A DNA stretch of 63,993 nucleotides, counting the filler, from Diploschistes diacapsis (taxonomy: Eukaryota), in the NCBI GenBank assembly GCA_023645945.1. It is 4 parts of 4 records of this genome, joined end to end, with 100 filler letters (N's around TTAATTAATTAA, not from the genome) between each part and the next. Parts side by side here need not be neighbours in the genome. Positions count along the whole stretch, not along the records: positions 1 to 15,954 come from JALAIB010000530.1; 3 more parts are not named here. One strand, 5' to 3'. Made by a program: the position numbers and the translations under genes. A model generated the notes under the pieces. It was not told the origin of the DNA. It made no database searches and saw nothing but the letters and a program-made list of their open reading frames with translations. Within the stretch, counting starts at the first letter, position 1. Every line of letters starts with the position of its first letter. This document shows, piece after piece, positions 1 to 11,613 of the stretch.

Positions 1-188
1 GTCAGGATCCGCGCCTGCTGCGTCGCGTCCGCGCCGCCACCGCCGCCGCCGTCGCTGCCGCGCGCCGCGTGCGCGAAGGCCAGCGGCTGCCCGTCGCGCA
101 GCAGCCCGCGGGACAGCAGCAGGTTGTTGATGTAGGCCGACGTGGTCTCTAGGTTGGTGGTGGTGGTGGTGGTGGTGGTGGTGTTCAT
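1..188 (-). CDS. 5' fragment (runs off contig start) of a TinA/Msd1/ADIP-like (afadin/alpha-actinin-binding domain) protein
   Basis: Not in the ORF track. ATG at 188 gives MNTTTTTTTTTNLETTSAYINNLLLSRGLLRDGQPLAFAHAARGSDGGGGGGADATQQARIL. The 'S-Y[IL]NNLLL[SA]RGLL..G.P..FA ... ARI' pattern matches my recollection of the N-terminus of fungal NIMA-interacting TinA-like proteins. Codon usage is strongly GC3. Confidence 0.7.
   Translation of the reverse strand, partial: MNTTTTTTTTTNLETTSAYINNLLLSRGLLRDGQPLAFAHAARGSDGGGGGGADATQQARIL
156..182. repeat. (GGT)9 microsatellite encoding poly-Thr on the minus strand
   Basis: Nine perfect GGT units read directly from the sequence. Confidence 0.95.
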
Positions 189-716
189 TGCTGCCGTTGC
201 GGCGTTGGGCGTGGGCGTGGTTTGTGCTGCTCTGCTCGGCACCGTCGCCTTTGGGGGTTTATGTTTTGCGGGCGGTATAGGCGCAGTAGATTGGGGGGGA
301 GGGGTTGGCGGTTGTGTGCGCTGCCCGGTGTTGATGATGGAGGGATGGATGGGGGAAATGTTTTTTCGGGAGCGAGGTTAAGCGAAGTAAAGTAAACAAT
401 GGAGAGCTTGGGTTTTGGAATGTGGGTTGGAGGGGCTTGGCGTGCTTGGCAACTACTTGTGTGCTTCGAGGCGCCGGAATGCTGAGCTTTAGCTTGGTTA
501 GGAGCTTGGAGGGTTGAAAGTTTCACTGGCTCACGGAATACAAAGGGGGCAGTAGCGATCAGAATATCTCCGACATTCCATTCAAAACCATCACATTGTT
601 ATTGAAACCATTAATCACTATCTATAGCAGTTTCCCACTACCATTAACAAAGCCCAGACGACGACTTGCTGACACTAGATATTACTCCGTCGCTACGGTC
701 TTCAGCAACTCGTTAC

Positions 717-1872
717 TCAAATGTGACCAGGGTCCTGGGGTGCCAAGGAGTATCCATAGCTGCTGCTGACCGACCAGTAGTCGGTGTCTCTGTACTGCCC
801 GTAGTTGGTGCTGTAGCTCTTGTCCCAAGCCTGCGTGTAGTACTGGCACTCTATACCCTGCGGAACATTGTTGTCCGACAGCACGAAGGCGTTGAAAAAG
901 TTGCAAGCGTCGTAGGTGCCGTCGCTGTTGACCAAGTGCTCCTTGTCGTACTCCGTGGCCGCCTGGCACACAGCCGCACACTGGCTTGGGTCGTAGGGAC
1001 CCGAGAAGAAGGACGAGCCCATGTAGCCGGAAGGGGCTTGGATGGCGCCCCCCAGCTCGATTGGCCCGGTGAAGTTTTGGTAGGACGGCGGAGCAGCATT
1101 CTTCGTGTAGCCGTTGCTGCCGGTGATGACAACGTGGAACTGGTCCTGCCATTGGCCGACATTCGTAGCCATGTCTGAGCTGACGGCGGAGCCCCAAAGA
1201 GAGCACTTGTAGTTGACAGTAGAGGCAGGGTTCGGGCACGCATCCGCGGGGATTTCGCTGGCATCACGCTCGATGTAGACATTGATGCCATAACATGCTG
1301 GTGCGGTGTCGCAGTACTCCTGGCATTTGACTGTGTCGAAGGAGTTCAATGTGTAATAACCCAAGTAGGAGGGACCCTCTACCGCCCCTTGTACGTCACT
1401 GAAAGACAGGCTGTAGCCTTGTGGCACGGGAGCGTTCTGGGCAATATCCTGATTGTCGTTAGACTTAGGAAATTGTACCGACGACGAACACTCACATCGT
1501 ATTCGGAGTTCTGTAAGAACGCGGCATCAGTGTCGGGGCTAGTCGTCGGCGCAGCGCCGGCAGGTTGCTGCTCGCAATCGCGCTTTTTCAAAAGGCTGCG
1601 TTTGGCGACTGAGGGCGGAGAAACTGCAGCCTGCGCCGCTGCTGAAGATGCAGCAGCCGCCGGATTAAAATCCACGGGGTCACTGCTCACGAAGGCCGGA
1701 GGTCCTTGGACAGCGGGTGGCGTGGCGGCCTGTACGGGTCAGTATCTGTTGCTCTAGCCTGCTAGACAATACTCACATCGATGGCAGTCCAGTCAAAGCT
1801 GGACTGACGGGGTAGAAGAGGAGAAGAGACGGCAAGCCCCGCAATGGCATAGATAAGGATCGCCGAGCGCAT
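717..1872 (-). CDS. Secreted Cys-rich protein (Apple/PAN-like, carbohydrate-binding-like fungal family), 3 exons
   Basis: ATG 1872 with signal peptide MRSAILIYAIAGLAVSSPLLPRQ. GT-AG introns 1776-1730 and 1495-1449 join ORF pieces 1379-1690 and 717-1427. Dibasic KR sites (AKRSLLKKRDC). Motifs YLGYYTLNSFDTVKCQEYC..C..INVYIERD and CPNP.ST.NYKC.LWG. Confidence 0.8.
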
Positions 1873-4439
1873 GGTAGAGAATACGGCAACTTGCTGGGTT
1901 AGAAACTGCGGATCAAGCTTGCTACCTAAATCTATGAAGTTCTGTGTTCTTGCACCTGGAGCGTTTACTCTGCAGGAACAAGCTCCTTCTTATAGAATTT
2001 CTCGGGGCCCCTCATCTCGGATATTCCGGGGTATTGGAATGCTGACCACTCGTTTCTGGGGCAGCCCATGTTCCAGAGGCTGCCTGACTTCACTCTTTCA
2101 GCTCACCACAAAAGCATGTCCATCGCAGTGGCTTGGGGCCTAGAAGCGCTTCCCAGAGTAACTCGTAGAAACTGGATGTATTCAGAGACCCACACAAGCT
2201 GGCTCCAGTTCCCTGGCTCTCAAGCCAGTGCTCACCGAACGGGGGGCCAGTACCTGGTCTCGGCACAGATAGAGTCTCGGGTAGGCAATCAGGGTTGTCA
2301 AAGCACCCCGTAAGGAGGGTAAGGAAGGCATATTCGGCGAGTATTGGTGCGCGAAGAAGAGCTGTACGGCGTCAAATCCAGAAGAAAAGAAAGACATTGA
2401 TGCCAAGAATAGATTTCTGGGGAAAACATGACAGAGTAGGTAAACCTGGAAGGGATTTGGACTAATCGAGGAAGGGCAGAACGAGGCTTTCACGAGCGTC
2501 TTGGATAACACGGGGCGATGAGCGGCGATGAGCGGTGGGAAGGTGGTATGAGGTAGGAAACGGGATGTCGGACTGAGACCTGGAAGAACTGGAATCTTAA
2601 ACTGCTCGTATTCTCGATTGATGGGTTGTACAGCGTGGGCCAGGAGCGAACCTCATAGCACTGCCTGATCGCAGCAGCTGCTTCTTGGAAGAGACTCTCA
2701 ATAACACCAGTTATGGCTGCAAGACCAGTAGAGGTACAGTTCTGCCCGGCAGTTTCCCGCGCGTGTGTGCGTGTGTGTATGTATACGTGCAGGCGCACCT
2801 CTAAGATAGCAAGAGCAATTGCTAGACCTGTCAACCTACACGGGAAGCCTATAGTTCCTTTTTCCCTGTGATGGCAGGATGGACCAGCTCAATCTCTCTT
2901 CTGCTTGTATTCTCTAAATTGCTTTTGTGGCTTAAGGCACGGAGTTTGTAAGATTCTTGGCTGAACTGAGCCAGCTTGGTGGCGTTGAAGTCAGTTGCAG
3001 TCAGTACACACCATCGCTCGTATCTCTTCTTTTCTTTTCGTTTGTAGCTTCAACCAACTCTACAGTGGAGTAAGTAGAGGCTAAGGAAGAAGATAGGATC
3101 ATACGACGAAGCCGTCCATGTGGGCAACGCGCCGTGAGAACCGGCTTTCTGTGGTTGTAACTTAAGCAAGCCTCCTTTATTCTTGAACATCCACGCATGC
3201 TATGTCTTAACACACCCGCACCCGAAGCTCTTTCAACTCCCATGCCGACGAAGACGAGCTCTGTATGCTAACAGTTGGGTCGGGGCAAACGTCGTCGTAA
3301 GGTTTCTGAGCGAAGCTTAGGTCAAATAATGCATTTTTTATATCCGGCTGGCTGACTATGAGGTACGATATCCATAAAACGTAGACTTATCCCACTAGCC
3401 TTTTGTAAACCAATATTGATACCAATTGCCTGTTCTGGAACATTTAGGCGAGTACTATAGCTATACAAAACGCTATGTAACGCTTCTCTCTCGGGATCAC
3501 TCCTAACAACAGCTTTACATTTGCAGTATCTACTGTAGTTTCTTAGCATCTAGTGTGCCTTTACACCATCTTCCATCGCCTCGTTTCCATGTTGGCGGAA
3601 ACCAACGGATGGCACCAGTTTATCCAATCCTTCTCGCCCCTCACGAAGGAGGTTGCTTTCATTGTCCTAAGACACTTGCACACGTGGCTGACCTGGCCAG
3701 GTATCTTGCACTACCATCTCGATGCCTTGATTTCAGCGATCAGGTAAACCCTTGCTTGTCTGGTAGGTTAAAACAAGGATATCTGCATCCTAGATCCAGC
3801 CTCTAGGGGCCTTCGCGCTGGCATCTCCTCCCGCAAACCAAAGTTACCCTTTTTGGGGCATGGTAGCCTAGTCGGCACCCCAAAGTCATCAGCTCGCAAC
3901 GAAGTAACGAGCTTCGCCAATTGAGCAATTCGCTAGGAGTAAGTAGCTAGCCACGTGCACGGCAGGAGTAGCTTCAAAGACTACTCGAAAGCAGAGAAGG
4001 ACCCGATCACAGATCTGGACACCACAAAGGCTGGCCACCATTTCTCTAAAACAGTAACATGCCGATGGCCGCCTGTTTCCAGCTCATCGAACTCCATGTG
4101 GCCGCGGGCTTTATACTTTAATACAATCAGTTTTGGAGGTGGCCCTTCAATTTTCTATATCTGTGTAGTAGCATCAAACTTCGGCCAATCTCACACAAGG
4201 CCATGGACAGTGAGGCAGAGGGACGAGCATGCATAACCAACCTTTAGAAACCAAGCGTGTGTTATGCAAGGTGCAGAAAGTCAATGTCAGAAGCAAACAG
4301 GAGCAAATACAAAGCAATAAAATGTAGCAAAACATGTTTTAAGCCTTAGGATGCATACTATACGATTTCCGTAGAACTGCCTACAACTCGATTGCAATTG
4401 TGCGTAGGATCTAGAATCCATCCAGAATGAGGAGATAAG

Positions 4440-4870
4440 AAGTGATCTGTTGGAGAGAAACGGTTTAACTTGTTTTCCACTGCACGTGATCGCCTGTCTG
4501 AAAATCCATAATCGTTATTTCGGGTATTTGAAAGCTCATTAATACGTCGTAAAAAATAATACTTATTAGATTACATGATAGCTAACGCGTGCATAGCTAT
4601 ATCTGTTTCATAATGAATATTGGGGATATTAAAGTTCATCAACAATTTTCTTTTTAATTCTCGATAATTGCGTCCCTATGAAATTTGACTTCAGCATTAC
4701 TATCGATGTCAAAAACATTATTGTTTTTAAAACTTTAAAGAAAACATTCGACAGGGAAATCCAACCCGTTATTTTTTACCATAAGCGAGTTTTTAACTCA
4801 TTCGTTTTATCGTAGTATACCTCCGTTGGCACGGTCTCATTTGGACAGAATTTTTGCACGAATGTTTTCT
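4440..4870. other. AT-rich island, probable mutated repeat relic
   Basis: Abrupt drop in GC relative to flanks, many A and T runs, no long ORF. Confidence 0.45.
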
Positions 4871-4987
4871 TGATCCGGCATCCTAATAAGCCTCAATTTT
4901 GCTCTGTGAAACCGCGAAAAGCGCATTGACCCAACAGCCCTTGCAAGAGATCATACTTTCAATTATCCTGTGTACGAGTCTTTCATT

Positions 4988-6232
4988 ATGGCTGCCGCGG
5001 AATCCAAGCCTCACGAGATTGTGATCCTGGGAGGAAATCTCGGGGGAGTCAATGTCGCGCATTACCTACTAAGACATACAATACCAGCTCTCAAGAAGCT
5101 CGACGGATCAAAGAACTACCGAGTCACCATGGTCTCGCCGTCAACGCATCTCTTCTGGAAGATCGGCGCTCCCAGAGCCCTTATCAACAAAGAACTCATT
5201 CCCGTGGACACAGTCTTCAAGCCCATCCAGGACGGCCTGTCAGCGTACACTTCCGGACACTTCAGCTTCATCCAAGGTATTGCGACCTCGCTGTCTGCCC
5301 CGGCTCGGACAGTGACCGTCACCGGATCTAGTGACTCGTCCGAGCAAACCATTTCCTACGACTCCCTCATCATCTCGACCGGCACGACCTCGAATTCCGC
5401 CCTGTGGACTCTCAAAGGCGACCACGCCCTATCCCAAGAGGCCCTGAACAAAATGCACGCCATCCTCCCCAACGCAAAAACCATCGTCGTCGCTGGCGGC
5501 GGCGCCGTCGGAGTCGAAACCTCCGGCGAAATCGCCGCCGCCTACCCCGACGCCAAAGTCACCCTCCTCTCCGGCAGCTCGCGGCTTCTAGAACGCGCCC
5601 CGCTCGCCCGAACGGGCAAGCAAGCCGAAGACCGTCTCAACGAATTCAAAGTCGACGTCGTGCACAACCTCCGCGTCAAAACCCAAGAGGACGCGCCTTC
5701 GCAGCAAGTCAAGCTTCACATGGACGACGGCTCCGAGCGGGTGGTGGACCTCTACATCGACGCCACGGGCGGCAAGCCCAACACCGACTACGTGCCGCGC
5801 GACTGGCTGAACGAGCAGCAGCGCGTCACGGTCGACGGCAGCACCATGCGCGTCAGGAGCGCCGGCTCGGACGCCGCGGGCGTCTACGCGCTCGGCGACG
5901 CGGCGGACTACAGCAACCAGACGTACATGTACGCGGACGCGGCGGTCGCGCCGGTCTGTTCCTCGCTCGGCGTCGACGTGGCCAAGATGCTGCAGATGGA
6001 GGCAAAGGCCGGTTGGTTGGGATCGCTGTTCGGCTCCGGGTCCGGTCTGGCGCAGAAGACCTTCAGCCCCGTGAAGGACACGATGATCGTGCCGGTGGGA
6101 AGGAAGGGCGGCGTGGGCTCGATCCTGGGCTTCCAGGCGCCGAGCCTCATGGTGTATTTGATCAAGGGGAGGACGTACTTCACGGAGCAGGTGCCCAAGA
6201 CGGTGAACGGGGAACTCCGCGCCAAGGCTTGA
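4988..6232 (+). CDS. AIF/AMID-like FAD/NAD(P)H-dependent oxidoreductase (pyridine nucleotide-disulfide oxidoreductase family)
   Basis: Intronless, first ATG at 4988. FAD-binding IVILGGNLGG, YDSLIISTG, NAD-binding IVVAGGGAVGVETSGEI, and VYALGD motifs. Confidence 0.9.
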   Translation: MAAAESKPHEIVILGGNLGGVNVAHYLLRHTIPALKKLDGSKNYRVTMVSPSTHLFWKIGAPRALINKELIPVDTVFKPIQDGLSAYTSGHFSFIQGIATSLSAPARTVTVTGSSDSSEQTISYDSLIISTGTTSNSALWTLKGDHALSQEALNKMHAILPNAKTIVVAGGGAVGVETSGEIAAAYPDAKVTLLSGSSRLLERAPLARTGKQAEDRLNEFKVDVVHNLRVKTQEDAPSQQVKLHMDDGSERVVDLYIDATGGKPNTDYVPRDWLNEQQRVTVDGSTMRVRSAGSDAAGVYALGDAADYSNQTYMYADAAVAPVCSSLGVDVAKMLQMEAKAGWLGSLFGSGSGLAQKTFSPVKDTMIVPVGRKGGVGSILGFQAPSLMVYLIKGRTYFTEQVPKTVNGELRAKA

Positions 6233-7386
6233 GATGCCGTCCTTCTTTGCTTTTTCTTCTAGCGCACGTGCCATGGGCTTGGTGGGAAAGAAGGGTTTCA
6301 TCAGCAGCAGCGGTAGTTCCTTCCCCTTGTTTTTACCGACGTTCTAATTCTCACGAACCCTTAGGTTCGTGAAGTCAACATATGTCCCACAGCCATGTCC
6401 ACGTGGCACCCAGCTGTCTCATGCCCCTTCCACTCCACCAACATACCACCCCCGCTTCGTGCAGCGGCAACGGAAGTACTGTTACTCTGTACAAGGCATA
6501 TCGTTCGCTTATCCCTCCCCCGAAAAACGGGTGAATTCCCATATTTTCCACGGGCTTATCCGAAAGGTCCCCCCTCCTCCTTGGGAACTCGACATTCTTC
6601 CCGCCCGCTTACTTCCCCGTTGGGCTACATTTTGCATAGATAATGGCTAGCCAGCACTCTTGGAGCGCTCTGAACCTTTCCATCCATTCTTTACGTAATA
6701 TGTAAGCTAGTTGGAGCGTTTGGAAACGCTCCAAAGACAATTGAAGGGTCCTTCAAAGATGCTAAGCTGGGCCCCGAAACTTGGAGCGTGACGAGGGAAA
6801 AATAATCATCCAAGCCCTTTTTAAAGGAACATCTTGAGCCGGCCAAGGAGCGCCCGCAACGCTACTAAGAAGTCGCAAGGGGCTCTCTTATCAAAACTTG
6901 AGCTAGTCAGAAGCTTGGAGTAGTGCGCCAAGAGGACGGGAAATGTTGCTCTGAATTTTGTTCCCGTAGCTGCCAAAAGCCACAAAAACTAGTTGATTCA
7001 AGCCTTGGCCAAAGTTGTTAGCCCCTCGACTGCGGGTACGGTAGGATTAGGCTAAAACGCCCGTGGAACAATATGCAAAAACTGTCATAGAAGAAATCAG
7101 AATCAATGCTAGGCGGTAAAACCGTTTCTCGTTTCGGCCCGAGGTGGGTAACGTCATCCGTGCAATCTATATCTCTTTGCTGCTGCAAGAAGGGAGATAC
7201 TTTGGGCTTTGGGCGAATGGAGGGTGCGCAGGAGGCAACGAAAGGCCTTTGCCGCTCGAGGAGTAGAAGGAGAGAGCGGAAAGCGAGAGAGAGAGAGGTT
7301 CCTTCTAAGGCGCCGGTATAACGTTGTGGACCGGATGATTGGCTTGTGGCTTGCTCAGATAGCAGCTTGATAACGTACAGTACTAG

Positions 7387-7461
7387 GCCAAAAGTAGTTA
7401 GGTACACCATAAGCGGCAGTATTATTTACTGCCGCTTATGGTGTACCTAACTACTTTTGGC
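7387..7461. repeat. Perfect 35-bp inverted repeat with 5-nt loop
   Basis: GCCAAAAGTAGTTAGGTACACCATAAGCGGCAGTA (7387-7421), loop TTATT, exact reverse complement at 7427-7461. Confidence 0.97.
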
Positions 7462-7762
7462 ACCTGACTGTACGTCCTGGTTGGGCCTCTCTTTATCATG
7501 CTTGGGCGATTGAAGAACGAAGAGGACTAGGAGCGGGAGGTTTCCCTTGAACGAGATAGTGGGGAGGGGGACTTTAGCGGCTGTTTCTAGGCCGGACTGG
7601 ATCCGATTTGTTGTGGATGGAGATAGTAGGCCAAACTTGAAGTCAGCTTTTGTAGCCGATAATGGGAACTCGAGATCACAGGGCTGTTGGAAAGCCAATC
7701 ATACCCGCACACAGGCCGAATGCCGGTTCAAGGTGAAGATGTTCGCCTGACAAGTATCGTCT

Positions 7763-9234
7763 CTATTTTAAGGTAGAGTGCATGTAGGTGGAGGGTCCCT
7801 CGCAATCTGTCCCGCGCGGCCTGTAGTACGGACAGATTCGCTGGAGCTGGGAGGTGCAGGAGGCGCGGCTGGGCCTGGACGCAATTGCTTCCCATTCTTG
7901 TTTTGCTGTCGGTGGGGTTCTGGGTGAAAGTTGTTCTTGAGGAATGCCTTCAAGAGTTGATATGTTTTCGTTGTTGGTTGTTGAAGCTGACGGAGTTGCC
8001 GGAGGCGTGACATGGGATGTATTTAGTATGATTCCTCTTGGGTGCTCTCGCACATCTAGGAACTTGCTCCCTGTAGAAGCCTCGTCCACTGTTTTCTCCA
8101 TCTTATCTAGACGTCATCCAGGGTTGCTGTTGCTGATGCGTTGAAGCTTCATGTCGACGACTTCTTCCCTTACTTCTTCTAGCGTAATGGTTGCCGGCAA
8201 TCCGACGACTCCATCAGACATTTGTCTTGATTACTGTCTCTTAGTCGCTCCTGAACCATTCCTGATGAACGCGCTGACAACGACAGAAGTGAAGGAAGTA
8301 TCTTTCTGAGAGCAACTCCTCGTGGACCATCTGTTCCACCTTTTGAGGATAAATGATCTTTTCAGTCCTGTAAATCGGCTAAAAGGTGCCTTTAGGAACT
8401 TTACGTTCTCGTTCTTGTTCTCTTAAACAATCCGCTGCAACCTGTTGTTCCGTATTTCCGACCTTAATGCACTGATAATTCATCCTCCAGCGAAACGCGT
8501 AAACGAAGCCAAATTAGGCTTTGTCTTTGAACTATTTGTGAGCACGAGGACTCCTCAGCCTTTTCTTTGAGACTTGAGCGCATTTCTCTGATGTTTTCTA
8601 TGTTTCTTGAGTGTGGTTTGAACTCCATATCCCGAGGTTGACGGTCCGGTCCTTCAGAAGAACGAATACGCGTACCTTTTGCGGTGTGGATTCAAAGATC
8701 GTGTGCCTTTTTTCTGTAATTGCGAAGCTCCATCCTCCGGTATCTGTCGAGTAGCCTCATGCTCCTTGATTTGATGCTCCAGGGTTTCCTTTTCGGCTTT
8801 CAGCTCGTTCGCCTCCTCCTCCAATTTCTTGACTTTCTCCCCCTCAATCTTTTTGATTGCCTCGTTCTTTCTTTGCACAGTTGTTTTGACTGCAGCATAC
8901 ATTTCCAGGCCTCGTATGGCGTCTCCTGCGTGGCAACTGCAGAATGTGAGTTTTGACAGTTCTTGAGCAGACTTCCCTCTTCATTATTTCTAACCGGGCT
9001 GTATTCACGAAGGTTTCGAAGAATTTGTCCTGCTCTATCAAGCTCATCCTCGTCTATTTTGACAGTCTTCTTGCATTGTTAGCGCTTTGTGGAATTAGCC
9101 AAGCACCGAAATTTCGAGCGAGTTTTGCTCTTTTGGAACCGGGACTGGACGTCCACGGCAGGGTCACAGGGTCTCCAGTTCAGACGACGATTGAGATCAT
9201 CGACCGCATTCTCATGAAGAGCGGTTGACGGCAT
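7763..9234 (-). pseudogene. Disrupted gene with an N-terminal Cys/His putative Zn-binding motif followed by coiled coil
   Basis: ATG 9234 reads MPSTALHENAVDDLNRRLNW...FRCLANSTKR*QCKKTVKI with an in-frame TAA at 9081-9079. A frameshift near 8975 leads to ELSKLTFCSCH and then the K/E-rich coiled-coil ORF 8654-8902. Further fragments to about 7763; the 3' limit is uncertain. Confidence 0.55.
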
Positions 9235-9929
9235 GGTGTTAGGATTTCAGACTAAAGAAGACAACGGGCAACGAGAATCAAGCACAAGATAATCGAATTG
9301 AATGGAAAGTGGTCGAATTGAAGGCGATGAAAAGCATGCCGCCGCTCTGTTGGCCATTGAGGGAATCAACGGAAGTTTTTCAGACACCTTTGAAAATACA
9401 AAGACTCCGAATTTCAGCCTTGGGTTGGGGAAATTCTCGTACTGGCGTACCTACAAAACAATTCATGCCTTGCTGCAGTTCCAGCATTGGACTAATGGGT
9501 CAGGACGAGAAAGCATGCCACAAATGCTATATCAAACGTGATCACAATTCTTCAAACACGCTGAGGAGCAAGCAGTCTCAGCCCCATCGATAGGCTCGCC
9601 TTCTGCCATCGGATGACGGGTGTGAAGGTGAAAGGGTTTCAATTCTAGAAGAAAGTAGGCAAATATGGAAAGTTTGATCGCTCGACCGACATCAGTTCAA
9701 CTGCCCATATTCGAGCGCTGGTGGCAGTATCTCTACCGCGGCTGTTAAAGGAAGAATCGAGCAAAACGTTGGAAAAGGCATACGCGGAAAAGACAAAGTC
9801 CATGTAGCCCCAACGGTATCGTAGCCCATCCCATTGTGGCAAGCTGAGGCGCGAGGCGGCGACTATAAAATAATATCGTCTCTATACCGCCAAGTAAAAC
9901 CTCTTCGGTACATAGCATTATTCTGCTTA

Positions 9930-11220
9930 GTACAGTCGATTGTTTCTTACCAATCAATCAGCCAGGAGTGGCAACCAGAAACTCACACATGGCCGATTTC
10001 ACCTTTAACAATTCCCACCTCCAGTTCCAAGGACGTGAATCACATATATTGGGGCCTAGCAAAGAAGCTGCACGATCTTTGCAAAAAGCCTCGACGACTA
10101 AGATATGTGCCTTCTGTCCGATCCTCAGCTGACCCGCACCATTACATAGAGATGACTTCAAGCACGGTCCTGGTCCCCCGGCGAAGATGCGAAGATGAGG
10201 AGGAATACTACAGGGATGCGTTCGATAATTTTATAAGCCTATGTGGACCAAGGCGCACACCAAGGGCGCCGAGTGCGTGGCGGCGGTTGGAGAAAGATAA
10301 ATAATAAGCGCGCTTCTTTCTCGCGAGCGTCTGACGCTGGAGTCTAGTATTGGTACCAACTCAATCCCGCCTCGAGGAGCTCGTGCCTACCCTGACGAGG
10401 TTCGTAAGTTACTAAATTTAATGGGATCTTCGGGTCCCCCTTCTGCGGAGGACGAGGACTTTGTGGTGATGGATGTAGAGGATAATAATGAAGAGATAGC
10501 TAAGCGAATCTGGCCCTGATAAACGTGGTTTATAGAGATGTAGTAGCATGTTCCTGGCGTCTCCATTCAGTACAACAACTGGGAGGGCAGATGGAGGGCA
10601 ATGGATTCTTGAACCAGCCATAGGTATTGAGCGGCAGAAGCGTTTGGCAGGCGCACACATATATAGAGCTTTGAGGATCACCACGGAGCACCGAATAAAA
10701 TGAAAGCTGCACGTGATAGCATATCGCAGGCGCAATCTCACGTGATCTCGGTATTTCACTTGTCCAGTGTCATCCCTTATGGAATCGTGCACCAAGGCTG
10801 ATGCCGATAGCAAGGTTTAGAAGATGATGTATACCTCCCGCCATTGCTCTAGCAGCTTTAACGATGGACAATAATATTTCTCATTTTCATGTCTGCGTCA
10901 CCGGACTTCGAAATTGGCTACCACGGTAAAAAAGGGCCCAAATATTGGCGGCTGCGGGGTCCAGTTGAAGATGAATTGGATTCTCATCAAGATCAATCCA
11001 AGTACCGGGTCCCGTTTGAAGCAATGTTGAATGATATTTGCGAATATCAAGATCCGAAGGAAGCAGTGTCTCTGCGTAGTTTTAAGCCATCCACAGAATG
11101 AAAACGGGAAGTGGTCAAAGCATTGCCGGTATGAGCGAGCTCAACCTAGGTATTTGTCAGATCCACTGGCGCAGGAAGAAAGATCCCGGAGCTTGTGGTT
11201 GAACGTACACCCGTAGGTAC
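9930..11220 (+). pseudogene. Probable decayed gene of unknown family
   Basis: Chain of protein-like ORF fragments (9834-10304, 10889-11101) separated by stops, with an intron-like GCTGAC...ATAG near 10128-10149. No recognisable domain. Confidence 0.25.
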
Positions 11221-11613
11221 CAGGTTCGGAGCCTGGAACGGGCTGCAAGCCGGCTCATCGAGGGATCTGGCGATCTGAGCCACGACCTTAGGCCCAGTTC
11301 TGGCGCAGAAGCTTATCGTCTAGACAGACCACGGGCCTCAACCTTAATCGAAAGGCATTCTGTCACTTCAGCGCTTTAAAAGCGTCTCGTCTTGTGTCCT
11401 ATCTTTTCCCAATTTCGGAGGTAGCACCTTGATCCGTTTCGCAGTGATATGACAAAGAAGGGAAAATGGAAGCGAAGAACAGAGAGAAGAGAGAGAGCAA
11501 GCATTGAGCTAATTACCCCAGTAAACTAGATACCTGAAATATCGATGCCTTGGCCTTTGCAAGTACTAGCATTAAACAGGCCATCCTTTACCAGAACAGA
11601 GACCCATATCAGC

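Noticed and set aside
2100..3900. Short ORFs between the secreted protein and the AIF-like gene
   Set aside because: No recognisable motifs or consistent splice structure; may be a relic but cannot be supported.
5404..6372. Long alternative-frame and antisense ORFs over the AIF-like gene (also 53441-54445, 666-1178, 61099-61686)
   Set aside because: Shadow ORFs expected from high GC3 coding sequence; Arg/Gly-rich with no motifs.
6482..6493. TTAC-N7-A, resembling a Starship target-site motif near the island edge (TTAC also at 15946)
   Set aside because: Only five specified bases, expected many times by chance; no empty-site comparison is available.
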